A stretch of DNA of 64,000 bases from Porticoccaceae bacterium (GCA_018069525.1 JAGPUQ010000024.1:13748-77747), one strand, 5' to 3'. Shown: positions 9,693 through 18,529, counted from the first letter of the stretch. Notes: a model not told the origin generated them from the sequence alone. Numbers and translations: made by a program.

Positions 9693-10226
9693 ATGGAAGA
9701 AAACGTATTAGGTCACATAGATAAGGTGTTCGAGGGAGTAGCCTTCGAGTTCGTATGGCAAAATATTACCCCTGAATTGATTGAAGAAGCAAAAAATTTC
9801 TGGGTTTCTGAAAATGCAATTCCAGCGAGCGGAGATGTCGAGTCCAGAGCTCGTCAATTGATGGTTGTAGTCAGGGACTCTGAGCATAAAATCATTGCGG
9901 TAAGTACCGCAGAATGCCTGCCAATTCCTCAGTTACTTAATAATATGTTTTATTATTTCCGCTGCTTTGTTTCCTCAAGCCGTCGTCAGGAAGGGCTGCT
10001 TATGGAGATGTCTCACAAGGCCAGAGAGTATACGCATCCGCAGTTCTTAAGCGGTGAAAACACTGAAGCGAAAGGGTTCTACTACTCGCTGGAGAGCGAG
10101 ATACTCAAAGAAGCGATGACTGAGGCGGTTTTAACTGTAGGCGGTTTAGATCATTCGTTTATTGGGCTTGATAACAGAGGGCGCCGTTTGTTCGTCGGCT
10201 GGTTTGATGGTGCCAAAATAGATTGA
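9693..10226 (+). CDS. hypothetical protein, GNAT-like fold suspected (tandem paralogue 2)
   Basis: 177 aa. It shares FEFVW-NI-PELIE...FWVSENA...SRARQL-VV-RD...IIAV-TAE...VGWFDGA-ID with 9091..9615. Confidence 0.45.
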   Translation: MEENVLGHIDKVFEGVAFEFVWQNITPELIEEAKNFWVSENAIPASGDVESRARQLMVVVRDSEHKIIAVSTAECLPIPQLLNNMFYYFRCFVSSSRRQEGLLMEMSHKAREYTHPQFLSGENTEAKGFYYSLESEILKEAMTEAVLTVGGLDHSFIGLDNRGRRLFVGWFDGAKID

Positions 10227-10299
10227 CCAGGCGTATTAGTTTAGATTTAGCACGCCTCGTGGTGCGTTTATAAATTAATGCCTATTGACCAAAGGGCTG

Positions 10300-10872
10300 T
10301 CAATGAACCTTGTCCCGGGTTAGCTGTTCCATTGTTTGTATAGCGAAATCCGTTCGCTCTTCGACGGAGCCACGGAGTTCGATTAATTCTATGTCGAAGT
10401 CTCTGGCAGTTTTGATTATCGCGTCTTCAATATCGGTTCGATGCTTTTCTGAAGAAGGACGGTTGCCGCCCAGTTCCAGAGGAATTTCGGTCGGGAGAAA
10501 AAACACAAAATCGAAGTGACCGAGGTACCACGGGAGCAACTGGTCGATAGCATTTTTTAGCTGAGAGTTTTTGGGGCCTTCGATTTTTAGATATGCCGCG
10601 TAATCGAGTAGGGTACGGTCGTAGATGATGTACTGATTAGCGGATTGCTCCAGCCGGCGAAGGTGTTCCCCCAGCAGTAGATAATATATGTGGTCGGATG
10701 TCAGAGGCGGTTTTTGTTTACTCAGCAATGGACGTAATACATCGATGGGTTCAGGTCGCAGCTCTACGTTTGCGCCGTCGTCACGCAAGGCCCTGGTGAG
10801 AGAACTTGCGAGCGTTGATTTGCCGGAGCAATGACTGCCGGATATGCCGATGCGCCACAGCTCTTTGTTCAC
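10300..10872 (-). CDS. P-loop ATPase/kinase (AAA_28 / NadR-kinase-like)
   Basis: 190 aa. The Walker A motif GISGSHCSGKST sits at the extreme N-terminus. It is a small single-domain protein. Confidence 0.6.
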   Translation of the reverse strand: MNKELWRIGISGSHCSGKSTLASSLTRALRDDGANVELRPEPIDVLRPLLSKQKPPLTSDHIYYLLLGEHLRRLEQSANQYIIYDRTLLDYAAYLKIEGPKNSQLKNAIDQLLPWYLGHFDFVFFLPTEIPLELGGNRPSSEKHRTDIEDAIIKTARDFDIELIELRGSVEERTDFAIQTMEQLTRDKVH

Positions 10873-10983
10873 AGTATTGGGGCCACAGAGTGTTGGTTCA
10901 TGACGGGGACGAATGTCTCGAGCTTGTATCCAAAAGAAATCGTACCAAGTTCAGCATCCCTTGTAAGGCTTTGACGGTTTAAT

Positions 10984-11012
10984 CAGAATAGAAAGCCTGG
11001 TGGGCTATTCTG
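10984..11012 (-). terminator. Stem-loop just downstream of tRNA-Leu
   Basis: cagaatag-N13-ctattctg forms an 8-bp perfect stem, 22 nt beyond the tRNA 3' end. There is no clear U-tract. Confidence 0.3.
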
Positions 11013-11033
11013 TTGATTACTTGAACTTATTAT

Positions 11034-11120
11034 TGGTGCCCAGGAGAGGACTTGAACCTCCACGACCTTGCGATCACTAGCACCTGAAGCTAGCGTGTCT
11101 ACCAATTTCACCACCTGGGC
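11034..11120 (-). tRNA. tRNA-Leu (anticodon CAG)
   Basis: The reverse complement folds by hand. The acceptor stem is GCCCAGG/CCTGGGC. The anticodon stem CTAGC/GCTAG has loop TTCAGGT. There is a long variable arm, a TTCAAGT T-loop, and an encoded CCA. Length is 87 nt. Confidence 0.9.
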
Positions 11121-11309
11121 CTGTACGGAAATACTATCCGACGGGGAGCGGCACTTTACTGGCCGCTTTAAAGGTTGTCAATCAGTCATGCTGGAAGGGT
11201 ATGATAGCCGCAGAATTGATTGTGGCAAATAAGGATTAACTAGCTGTATGCGTAAAAAACACCTCAAGCGGGATCCCCACGCGGATCGGGAAGCGGCTCG
11301 GTACGAGCA
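11091..11309. repeat. Right (functional) copy of the ~215-bp direct repeat
   Basis: See 5993-6211. This copy contains the intact tRNA 5' end, the rnr promoter region and the true rnr start. Confidence 0.8.
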
Positions 11310-13743
11310 ACCCATTACCAGCCGGGAGTATATCCTCTCTCTACTCTCTAAAAGCGTTGGGCCAATGACCCAGGAAGAGCTGTGCCGTGAGTTCGGTATG
11401 GACGACACGGATCAGATAGAGGCCCTGCGGAGACGCCTACAGGCCATGGTGCGCGACGGACAGATCGTGCGCAATCGCTCTGGGGCTTTTGGCGCGCTGG
11501 ATAAGATGAATGTGATTAAGGGCCGGGTGAGTGGTCATCCGGAGGGTTTTGGCTTTGTGATTACCGGTAGTGGCGAGGCGGATATTTTCCTGTCCAGCCG
11601 GCAGATGCGTCGAGTCTTGAGTGGCGACGAAGTATTAGTGCGTATAGAGGGTTTTGATCGCAAGGGACGCCCGGAAGGTTCCATTGTGGAGGTGGTGGAT
11701 CACCGCACTCAGCAGCTGGTCGGGCGCTACTTTACCGAGGGCGGAATTCATTTTGTACGGCCCGATAACCCCAGTATTAGCCAGGATGTATTGATTGGTT
11801 CCGAGGACACCAGCGGCGCCAGTGCCGGGCAGATTGTGCTGGTAGACATTACGCGTCAGCCCTCGCGCAATAATCAGCCTGCCGGGCGTGTGTCGCGGGT
11901 GCTGGGTGACCATATGGCTCCGGGCCTGGAGATTGAAGTCGCCATCCATAGCTTTGGTATCCCTCAGGCCTGGTCGGAAGGCTTACAGGCGGATGTCGAT
12001 GCCATTCCGGATCACGTGCAGGAAAAGGATTGCGAGGGTCGGGCCGATCTACGCCATTTGCCGCTGGTGACGATCGATGGCGAAGACGCTCGGGATTACG
12101 ATGATGCCGTTTACTGCGAGCCGGTTAAAGGCCGTGGCTGGAATCTGTATGTGGCGATTGCGGATGTGTCCCACTATGTGAAACCCGATTCTGAGCTGGA
12201 TCGAGAGGCCTATCAGCGCGGCAACTCCGTGTACTTTCCAGACCACGTGGTTCCTATGCTGCCGGAGAAACTCTCCAATGGTTTGTGCTCGCTCAAACCC
12301 GAAGTGGATCGGCTGTGCATGGTCTGCGAGATGCGCATCGACACCAAAGGTAAGATTAAGCGCTTCCAGTTTTACGATGCAGTGATGTGTTCCCGCGCGC
12401 GGCTCACTTATACCCAAGTGGCCTCGATGATTGCTCAGCGCGGTGACGCTGATAGCGGAGTGCGCAAGCAGTTTCAGGGCGTGGTTGAGCACGTTGATGA
12501 TTTGTACAATCTGTATGGTGCTTTGCATAGCGCTCGCGACCGCCGTGGCGCGATTGATTTTGAGACCGGTGAAAGTCGCATACTGTTTGATGCCGAACGC
12601 AAAATTGAACAAATTATTCCCACCGAGCGCACCGACGCTCATCGGCTGATTGAAGAGTGCATGTTAGCGGCCAATGAGTGCACCGCTATTTTGCTCGAAA
12701 AAAGTAAATTGCCGGTGCTGTACCGAGTTCACGAGGGGCCAAAAGAAGAAAAGCTCGCCAACCTTAGAGAGTTTCTTGGTGAGATTGGTTTGGGTTTACC
12801 GGGTGGCGATAAGCCATCCCCAGAAGATTATCAGGCGGTGTTGCGTAAAATTCGCGAACGACCGGACGCCAGTATTGTTCAGTCGGTGATGCTGCGCTCG
12901 ATGAGTCAGGCGGTGTATCAGCCGGAGAATAAAGGGCATTTTGGCTTAAATTACGAGGCTTATACCCATTTTACCTCGCCGATTAGACGTTATGCCGATT
13001 TATTGGTGCATCGCGCTATTCGTGGTTTGTTACTCAGTAAACGCCGAGTTGCCCACTTAAACCGGCATAAAAAGGCTAAACGGCTGCCGCTGGAAACCAG
13101 CTACCCTTACGATGCCGTGAATATGGTCGATGCCGGTGTGCAAACTTCCATGAGTGAGCGCCGTGCCGACGACGCCACCCGCAGTGTAGTGAACTGGCTG
13201 AAGTGCGAATACCTTGTCGACCATATCGGCGACGAGTTTGCCGGAATAGTTACCGGGGTTACCGGCTTTGGTTTATTTGTCGAGCTGGAAGGTCTTTATA
13301 TTGACGGCCTGGTGCATATCACCGGGCTACCGAAAGATTATTATCATCACGAGCCTGCCCACCATCGTTTGGTGGGTGAGCGCACCCGGCGAGTGTTTCG
13401 TTTGGGTGATCGCCTGCAAGTGAACGTAGCGCGGGTTGATCTGGAAGAACGCAAAATTGATTTCGAACTCGTAGAAACCGCAGGAGAGAAAGGCTCTACT
13501 CGGCGTCAACCGAATCAAGGTAAAGCGGGTCCAGGTAAAGGCGGGCAAGGGCAAAGTAAAAGTAAAGGTAAACCGGGTACCGGTAAGTCTGGTAAGCGTG
13601 AAGGTGGGCAAAATAAAAAAAGGCGCAGTAGAAATACTGGCGGTTCAACTTCTGGTCAAAAGCCATCGTCTAAAAACGTATCAGGTAAAAAATCGCCAGG
13701 GAAAAACATATCGAGTAAAAAGCCCAGCAAAAAAAGCCGCTAA
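11248..13743 (+). CDS. rnr: ribonuclease R
   Basis: 831 aa with RNB-domain motifs (TIDGEDARDYDDAV, HFGL..YTHFTSPIRRYADLLVHR), a C-terminal S1 domain and a Lys/Gly-rich basic tail. Confidence 0.95.
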   Translation: MRKKHLKRDPHADREAARYEQPITSREYILSLLSKSVGPMTQEELCREFGMDDTDQIEALRRRLQAMVRDGQIVRNRSGAFGALDKMNVIKGRVSGHPEGFGFVITGSGEADIFLSSRQMRRVLSGDEVLVRIEGFDRKGRPEGSIVEVVDHRTQQLVGRYFTEGGIHFVRPDNPSISQDVLIGSEDTSGASAGQIVLVDITRQPSRNNQPAGRVSRVLGDHMAPGLEIEVAIHSFGIPQAWSEGLQADVDAIPDHVQEKDCEGRADLRHLPLVTIDGEDARDYDDAVYCEPVKGRGWNLYVAIADVSHYVKPDSELDREAYQRGNSVYFPDHVVPMLPEKLSNGLCSLKPEVDRLCMVCEMRIDTKGKIKRFQFYDAVMCSRARLTYTQVASMIAQRGDADSGVRKQFQGVVEHVDDLYNLYGALHSARDRRGAIDFETGESRILFDAERKIEQIIPTERTDAHRLIEECMLAANECTAILLEKSKLPVLYRVHEGPKEEKLANLREFLGEIGLGLPGGDKPSPEDYQAVLRKIRERPDASIVQSVMLRSMSQAVYQPENKGHFGLNYEAYTHFTSPIRRYADLLVHRAIRGLLLSKRRVAHLNRHKKAKRLPLETSYPYDAVNMVDAGVQTSMSERRADDATRSVVNWLKCEYLVDHIGDEFAGIVTGVTGFGLFVELEGLYIDGLVHITGLPKDYYHHEPAHHRLVGERTRRVFRLGDRLQVNVARVDLEERKIDFELVETAGEKGSTRRQPNQGKAGPGKGGQGQSKSKGKPGTGKSGKREGGQNKKRRSRNTGGSTSGQKPSSKNVSGKKSPGKNISSKKPSKKSR

Positions 13744-13762
13744 ACCTACGAGTAACGTGTGT

Positions 13763-13802
13763 AAAAAAACCGGTAGCGTTGTTAACGTTACCGGTTTTTT
13801 TG
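13763..13802. terminator. Bidirectional intrinsic terminator between convergent rnr and LLM genes
   Basis: aaaaaaaCCGGTAgCGTTgttAACGtTACCGGttttttt is a GC-rich hairpin flanked by an A-run and a T-run. Confidence 0.8.
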
Positions 13803-13847
13803 ATTGGTTTTTTAATAAACCTATTTTAACAAAACTTGAACCCGGTC

Positions 13848-14954
13848 TTAGCTGGCAATTGCGGTGGGTATGGTTCGTCCTAATAACGGTTCGCCGGGTA
13901 ATTTTTGCAATTCTGGCATCACTTCTTTGGCGAATAAACGCATGCTTTGTTCGGCTTCGCTATGGGACATACCGCCATAGCTGAACACGCCGTTAAAGGC
14001 GCACGCGCCGGTGCGACCGAGGAAGTCGTGAAGGGTATTGAGACATTTTTCCGGGGTGCCCCACACCTGTAGGCTCATAAAGAACTTGATTGCACCTTCG
14101 ATATCGGCGGCAACGTGGTCTTGCATGCTGGCGTAGGCCTCGTAACCTTTGGTTTTTTTAAGATGTTCACCGGCCATTTCGTAATGATCGATAACGGAAC
14201 GATAATAATTACCAATGTACTTTTCCGCCATTTCTTCGGCTTTATCGGCACTTTCGTGGCAGTAGGTCCAGCCGGCGAGAATCGGGGCGGGGGCATCAAC
14301 ACCGTTCACCTCGAGGTAGATGTTCCGGTAGGCGGTCATTTCACGTTCAACGTGTTCCCAGGGTTTTTGCGGAATCACTAATAAACCGATGCCGAGTTTG
14401 GCCATGATGGGTGAGGACTCGGGAGACACCGCGGCAGCGTAGGTGCGACCCTTAAAGGTGTTGAAAGGGCGCGGACGCAGTTCGCGGCGCACTTGTTTCA
14501 CCTGCTTGCCATCGTATTCACAGAAGCCGCTTTCGAGACCTTCGAGAATCATTTCCGCCGACTCGGTAAAGGTTTCCCGAGAGGTATTCATATCGCGACC
14601 AAAGCCTTCAAACTCTACTCGGCCCAGGCCTCGACCGATACCGAGAATCACCCGGCCATTGGACATATTGTCGAGCATGACGATTTCTTCGGCGACGCGA
14701 ATGGGGTCGTGCCAGGGTAGTACCATCACCATAGTACCGAGGCCGATGTCGGGATTACGTCCGGCCCAGTAGGACAGAAACTGGGTGACATCAGGACACA
14801 TGGTGTAGTCGGTGAAATGGTGCTCCACGCCCCAAATCGACTGGAAGCCCAGCTCAATACCGAGATCGCCGAGCTTGAGATCTTCGTGGTACACCTGTTG
14901 ATCAGTCGTGTTGGGGTTGAGGCCTTGAAAGATTAAAGAAAGTCCGACGTCCAC
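13848..14954 (-). CDS. LLM-class (luciferase-like) flavin-dependent monooxygenase
   Basis: 368 aa. GFQSIWGVEHHFTDY...SNGRVILGIGRGLGRVEFEGFG resembles the LuxA/alkanal-monooxygenase pattern. Confidence 0.8.
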   Translation of the reverse strand: MDVGLSLIFQGLNPNTTDQQVYHEDLKLGDLGIELGFQSIWGVEHHFTDYTMCPDVTQFLSYWAGRNPDIGLGTMVMVLPWHDPIRVAEEIVMLDNMSNGRVILGIGRGLGRVEFEGFGRDMNTSRETFTESAEMILEGLESGFCEYDGKQVKQVRRELRPRPFNTFKGRTYAAAVSPESSPIMAKLGIGLLVIPQKPWEHVEREMTAYRNIYLEVNGVDAPAPILAGWTYCHESADKAEEMAEKYIGNYYRSVIDHYEMAGEHLKKTKGYEAYASMQDHVAADIEGAIKFFMSLQVWGTPEKCLNTLHDFLGRTGACAFNGVFSYGGMSHSEAEQSMRLFAKEVMPELQKLPGEPLLGRTIPTAIAS

Positions 14955-15041
14955 GATGTTTTCCTCCGGGTTTAATCGTTAAGAGAGATAAGAATGTTTG
15001 ATGATTAAAGTTTTGGGATGTTCTTGTTAAAAACTACTCCG

Positions 15042-15809
15042 CTAAATGGCCAGGGAAAACCCGCCATCGACGACAATCAAAGCACCGGTGACAAAGTCGG
15101 ACGATTTGCTTGCCAGAAAGATGGAAAGCCCTTCGAGATCTGCAGGTAATCCAGCACGCTTGGCGGGTGTTTTTTCGATCATGTAGGTGAGAACCGGCGC
15201 AGGTTCGGGAACCGAGCAAGGGTTCATGTCCGTGTCGAACAAACCACAGACGATGACGTTAACCTGAATGTTATCTTTGCCCCAGCCCTCAGCCAGGCTT
15301 TGACTCATATGATCCATGCCACCTTTTGCGGCGGCGTAGTGTGCCAACTTGCCGAAGCCTTTTTTGGTAATAAATGAGCTGATGTTGATGATTTTTCCGC
15401 CACCGGCTTTGACCATTTCGGGATAACAGGCTTTGGAGCACAGGAATACAGAGGTTAAATCGACGGCCATGAATTTGTCCCATAATTCCAGCGACATTTC
15501 CTCGGTTTTTACGCCCCAGCTAATACCGGCATTGTTGACCAGGGTATCCACACGCCCGAAATGCTCGACAGTTTCTTTCACCATGCGGTTGACGTCGTCT
15601 TCTATAGAGACGTCGGCCTGTACGGTTAATACCTGCGCGCCGATGGCCTTCAGTTCTGCGCTGGCAGAGTCGAGTTTGTCCTGGTTGCGGCCGACAATAG
15701 CCACTGCAGAACCGGCTTTGGCCAGGCCCTTGGCGATGCCCAAACCGAGGCCACCGTTGCCGCCGGTAATAATGGCCACTTTCCCGTTTAAATCAAATGC
15801 ATTCAACAT
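15042..15809 (-). CDS. SDR-family oxidoreductase (FabG/gluconate-5-dehydrogenase-like), array member 1
   Basis: TGGNGGLGLG cofactor motif, NNAGI, and the catalytic S...YAAAK. This is the most divergent of the four tandem copies. Confidence 0.85.
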   Translation of the reverse strand: MLNAFDLNGKVAIITGGNGGLGLGIAKGLAKAGSAVAIVGRNQDKLDSASAELKAIGAQVLTVQADVSIEDDVNRMVKETVEHFGRVDTLVNNAGISWGVKTEEMSLELWDKFMAVDLTSVFLCSKACYPEMVKAGGGKIINISSFITKKGFGKLAHYAAAKGGMDHMSQSLAEGWGKDNIQVNVIVCGLFDTDMNPCSVPEPAPVLTYMIEKTPAKRAGLPADLEGLSIFLASKSSDFVTGALIVVDGGFSLAI

Positions 15810-15946
15810 GGGCCTACCTGTGTAATCGAAGGGGAGGTCCGCCCCGATTTCTTAATTTCTGATTCAACCAATAAAAAAGAGCATCTATAAGTGTTCGTTA
15901 AACTGGGGGAGGTTCACTCCAGCCCCCTAAAAATTATCTCATCAGA

Positions 15947-16726
15947 TTACATTGCCAAACTTACGCCACCATCGGCCACGATAATAGCACCGGTAATAAA
16001 GTCCGACGCCGGGCTAGCCAGTAACTGGGTCAAGCCTTCGAAATCAGCGGGGACACCAAAGCGCTTACAGGCCGATTTGTCGATGGCATGGTCGACAAAA
16101 CTTCCCATTTTATTGGGGCCGGTGCAGGGCATCATTTCGGTATCTACTAAACCGGGGCAAATCACGTTGACCTGTATGTTCTCTTTACCCCAGCCGCGAG
16201 CCAGGCTTTGGCTCATATGATCCATGCCGCCTTTGGCCGCGGCATAGTGGGTGAGTTTGCCGAAACCGATTTGGGTAATGATCGAACTAATATTAATAAT
16301 TTTGCCGCCACCAACTTTGACCATCTCCGGGTACACTGCCTTACAACAAAGGAAGCACGAGGTTAGATTGATTTTGATAAAGGTATTCCAGGTCTCAAGT
16401 GGCAACTCTTCCGTGGGAACCCCCCAGCTAATTGCCGCGTTGTTAACCAGGATGTCGATGCGACCAAAGCGCGCAACGGTTTCGGCCACCATACGATTCA
16501 CGTCATCCTCGGAAGACACATCGGCTTGAATCGGTAAGACCTCGTAACCCTCGGATTTCAGCTCGGCCTCTGCTTTATCGAGTTTTTCCTGTTTACGGCC
16601 CACAATCGCGACCTTGGCACCGACTCTCGCCAGGCCTTTCGCGATACCCAGACCCAAACCGCCGTTGCCGCCGGTGATAATGGCAACTTTCCCGGTTAAA
16701 TCAAAAATATTACCTTGGTTTACCAT
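15947..16726 (-). CDS. SDR-family oxidoreductase, array member 2
   Basis: Same motifs, with NNAAI. I count about 28 differences in about 253 aligned residues against member 4. Confidence 0.85.
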   Translation of the reverse strand: MVNQGNIFDLTGKVAIITGGNGGLGLGIAKGLARVGAKVAIVGRKQEKLDKAEAELKSEGYEVLPIQADVSSEDDVNRMVAETVARFGRIDILVNNAAISWGVPTEELPLETWNTFIKINLTSCFLCCKAVYPEMVKVGGGKIINISSIITQIGFGKLTHYAAAKGGMDHMSQSLARGWGKENIQVNVICPGLVDTEMMPCTGPNKMGSFVDHAIDKSACKRFGVPADFEGLTQLLASPASDFITGAIIVADGGVSLAM

Positions 16727-16790
16727 AATGTCTACCTTTTGAAGAGCTGGTTTTAAGTCTGTGTATCTCGAGTGGGCATTGTTCGATGCT

Positions 16791-16838
16791 TACTACTTTC
16801 TGGAGCTACTACTTTCGAGAGCCACTACTTTCGAGAGT
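16791..16838. repeat. 16-bp x3 tandem repeat in the spacer between SDR copies 2 and 3
   Basis: tactactttctggagc / tactactttcgagagc / cactactttcgagagt. Confidence 0.8.
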
Positions 16839-16848
16839 TAACTAACAG

Positions 16849-16880
16849 TCGCCACTACCACCGGGTGGAGGTAGTGGCGA
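16849..16880. terminator. 11-bp perfect stem-loop inside the SDR array
   Basis: tcgccactacc-N10-ggtagtggcga. The T-run (tgcttttta) follows on the plus strand only, which is antisense to the SDR genes. Confidence 0.35.
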
Positions 16881-16950
16881 TGCTTTTTATCTATTGCGTC
16901 TTGCGTATCACCCTACATCAATGACGGGTAAAACTTTTAGACCCTTACGT

Positions 16951-17721
16951 TTAGACCGTCAGAGTCATACCGCCATCAGCGACGATAACGGCCCCGGTAA
17001 TAAAGTCCGACGCCGGGCTGGCCAATAACACGGCCAAACCTTCAAAGTCGGCGGGCATGCCATGGCGCTTAACGGGGGTTTTGTTGACGATGTAGTCGAT
17101 GATGGCGCCACGGTGATCAGGGCCTTCACAGGGCATCATTTCAGTGTGAACCAGACCGGGACATACCACGTTGACCTGGATATTATCTTTACCCCAGCCT
17201 TGCGCTAAACTTTGGGTCATATGATCCATGCCGCCTTTAGCCGCCGCATAATGTACCAGTTTACCAAAGCCTTTTTGGGTGATTGCCGAACTGATATTAA
17301 TGATCTTGCCGCCACCGGCTTTGATCATTTCCGGATAAACTGCTTTGGAACACAAGAAGCACGAGGTGAGGTTAATATCGATAAATTGATTCCAGGTTTC
17401 CAGCGGCATGGTTTCTGTGGCCACGCCCCAGCTAATCGCCGCATTGTTGACCAGGATGTCCACGCGACCAAAATGGTCTACAGTTTCTTTCACCATCCGG
17501 TTAACGTCGTCCTCCAGGGAAACATCTGCTTGCACCGATAAGACTTCAAAGCCCTCGGCTTTGAGCTCGGCCTCGGCTTTATCGAGTTTTTCTTGTTTGC
17601 GACCGACAATGGCGACCTTGGCACCGGCCTTCGCCAGGCCGCGGGCGATACCCAACCCTAAGCCACCGTTGCCGCCGGTGATAATGGCGACTTTTCCTGT
17701 AATATCAAACATATCCAACAT
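16951..17721 (-). CDS. SDR-family oxidoreductase, array member 3
   Basis: Same motifs as the other members, 256 aa. Confidence 0.85.
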   Translation of the reverse strand: MLDMFDITGKVAIITGGNGGLGLGIARGLAKAGAKVAIVGRKQEKLDKAEAELKAEGFEVLSVQADVSLEDDVNRMVKETVDHFGRVDILVNNAAISWGVATETMPLETWNQFIDINLTSCFLCSKAVYPEMIKAGGGKIINISSAITQKGFGKLVHYAAAKGGMDHMTQSLAQGWGKDNIQVNVVCPGLVHTEMMPCEGPDHRGAIIDYIVNKTPVKRHGMPADFEGLAVLLASPASDFITGAVIVADGGMTLTV

Positions 17722-17761
17722 AGTACTTACCTTGTTTATTTAGCTAATTTATATAGAAAGA

Positions 17762-18529
17762 TTACATTGCCAGGCTAAGACCGCCGTCGGCCACGATAAT
17801 GGACCCGGTAATAAAATTGGAAGCTGGGCTGGCCAGCAATTGGGTCAAGCCTTCGAAGTCGGCGGGGACACCAAAGCGATTACAGGCAGATTTTTTAATC
17901 GCGTAATCGACGATGCCGCCGATTTTGTCAGGGCCGGTACAAGGCATCATCTCCGTGTCGACCAAACCCGGCAGAATCACGTTGACTTGGATGTTTTCCT
18001 TACCCCAGCCGCGAGCCAGGCTTTGACTCATATGATCCATGCCGCCTTTGGCCGCGGCATAATGCACGAGCTTGCCGAAACCGAGTTTGGTGATAATCGA
18101 ACTCACATTAATAATTTTGCCGCCACCGACTTTGACCATTTCGGGGTACACCGCCTTACAGCAGAGGAAACAGGAGGTCAGGTTGATGCTGATAAACTTA
18201 TTCCAGGTTTCCAGCGACATTTCTGCGGTGGGTACGCCCCAACTAATGGCTGCGTTGTTGACCAGAATGTCGACGCGACCAAAGCGCTCGACGGTTTCGG
18301 CCACCATACGATTCACGTCATCCTCGGAAGACACATCGGCTTGAATCGGTAAGACCTCATAACCTTCAGCTTTCAGCTCGGCTTCGGCTTTATCGAGTTT
18401 TTCTTGTTTGCGTCCGACGATGGCGACTTTAGCGCCGATTTTAGCTAGACCTCTGGCCATGCCGAGGCCCAAACCGCCATTACCGCCGGTGATAATGGCC
18501 ACTTTTCCCGTTAAATCAAACGTATTCAA
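17762..18529 (-). CDS. SDR-family oxidoreductase, array member 4
   Basis: Same motifs, 255 aa. It is the first gene of the array in transcription order. Confidence 0.85.
   Translation of the reverse strand: MNTFDLTGKVAIITGGNGGLGLGMARGLAKIGAKVAIVGRKQEKLDKAEAELKAEGYEVLPIQADVSSEDDVNRMVAETVERFGRVDILVNNAAISWGVPTAEMSLETWNKFISINLTSCFLCCKAVYPEMVKVGGGKIINVSSIITKLGFGKLVHYAAAKGGMDHMSQSLARGWGKENIQVNVILPGLVDTEMMPCTGPDKIGGIVDYAIKKSACNRFGVPADFEGLTQLLASPASNFITGSIIVADGGLSLAM

Noticed and set aside
5430-11120. Classical integrase-mediated tRNA genomic island
   Set aside because: There is no integrase, excisionase or transposase ORF. The duplicated segment is the tRNA 5' end plus the rnr start, not the tRNA 3' end. 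The copies are only about 80% identical. I kept it as a finding under a different (recombinational capture) interpretation.
12049-12642. Long antisense ORFs inside confident genes (e.g. 12049..12642 in rnr, 17840..18352 in an SDR, 23630..24244 in ADH, 35735..36277 in ccmA, 40052..40552 in ccmF, 54416..55159 in ubiB)
   Set aside because: These are shadow ORFs on the opposite strand of genes with clear family motifs. Their composition is Arg/Gly/His-rich nonsense, typical of antisense frames in moderately GC-rich DNA.
13598-13984. 128-aa plus-strand ORF spanning the rnr 3' end, the terminator and the LLM gene 3' end
   Set aside because: It crosses a strong bidirectional terminator and overlaps two well-supported genes. 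It is low-complexity and is a frame artefact.
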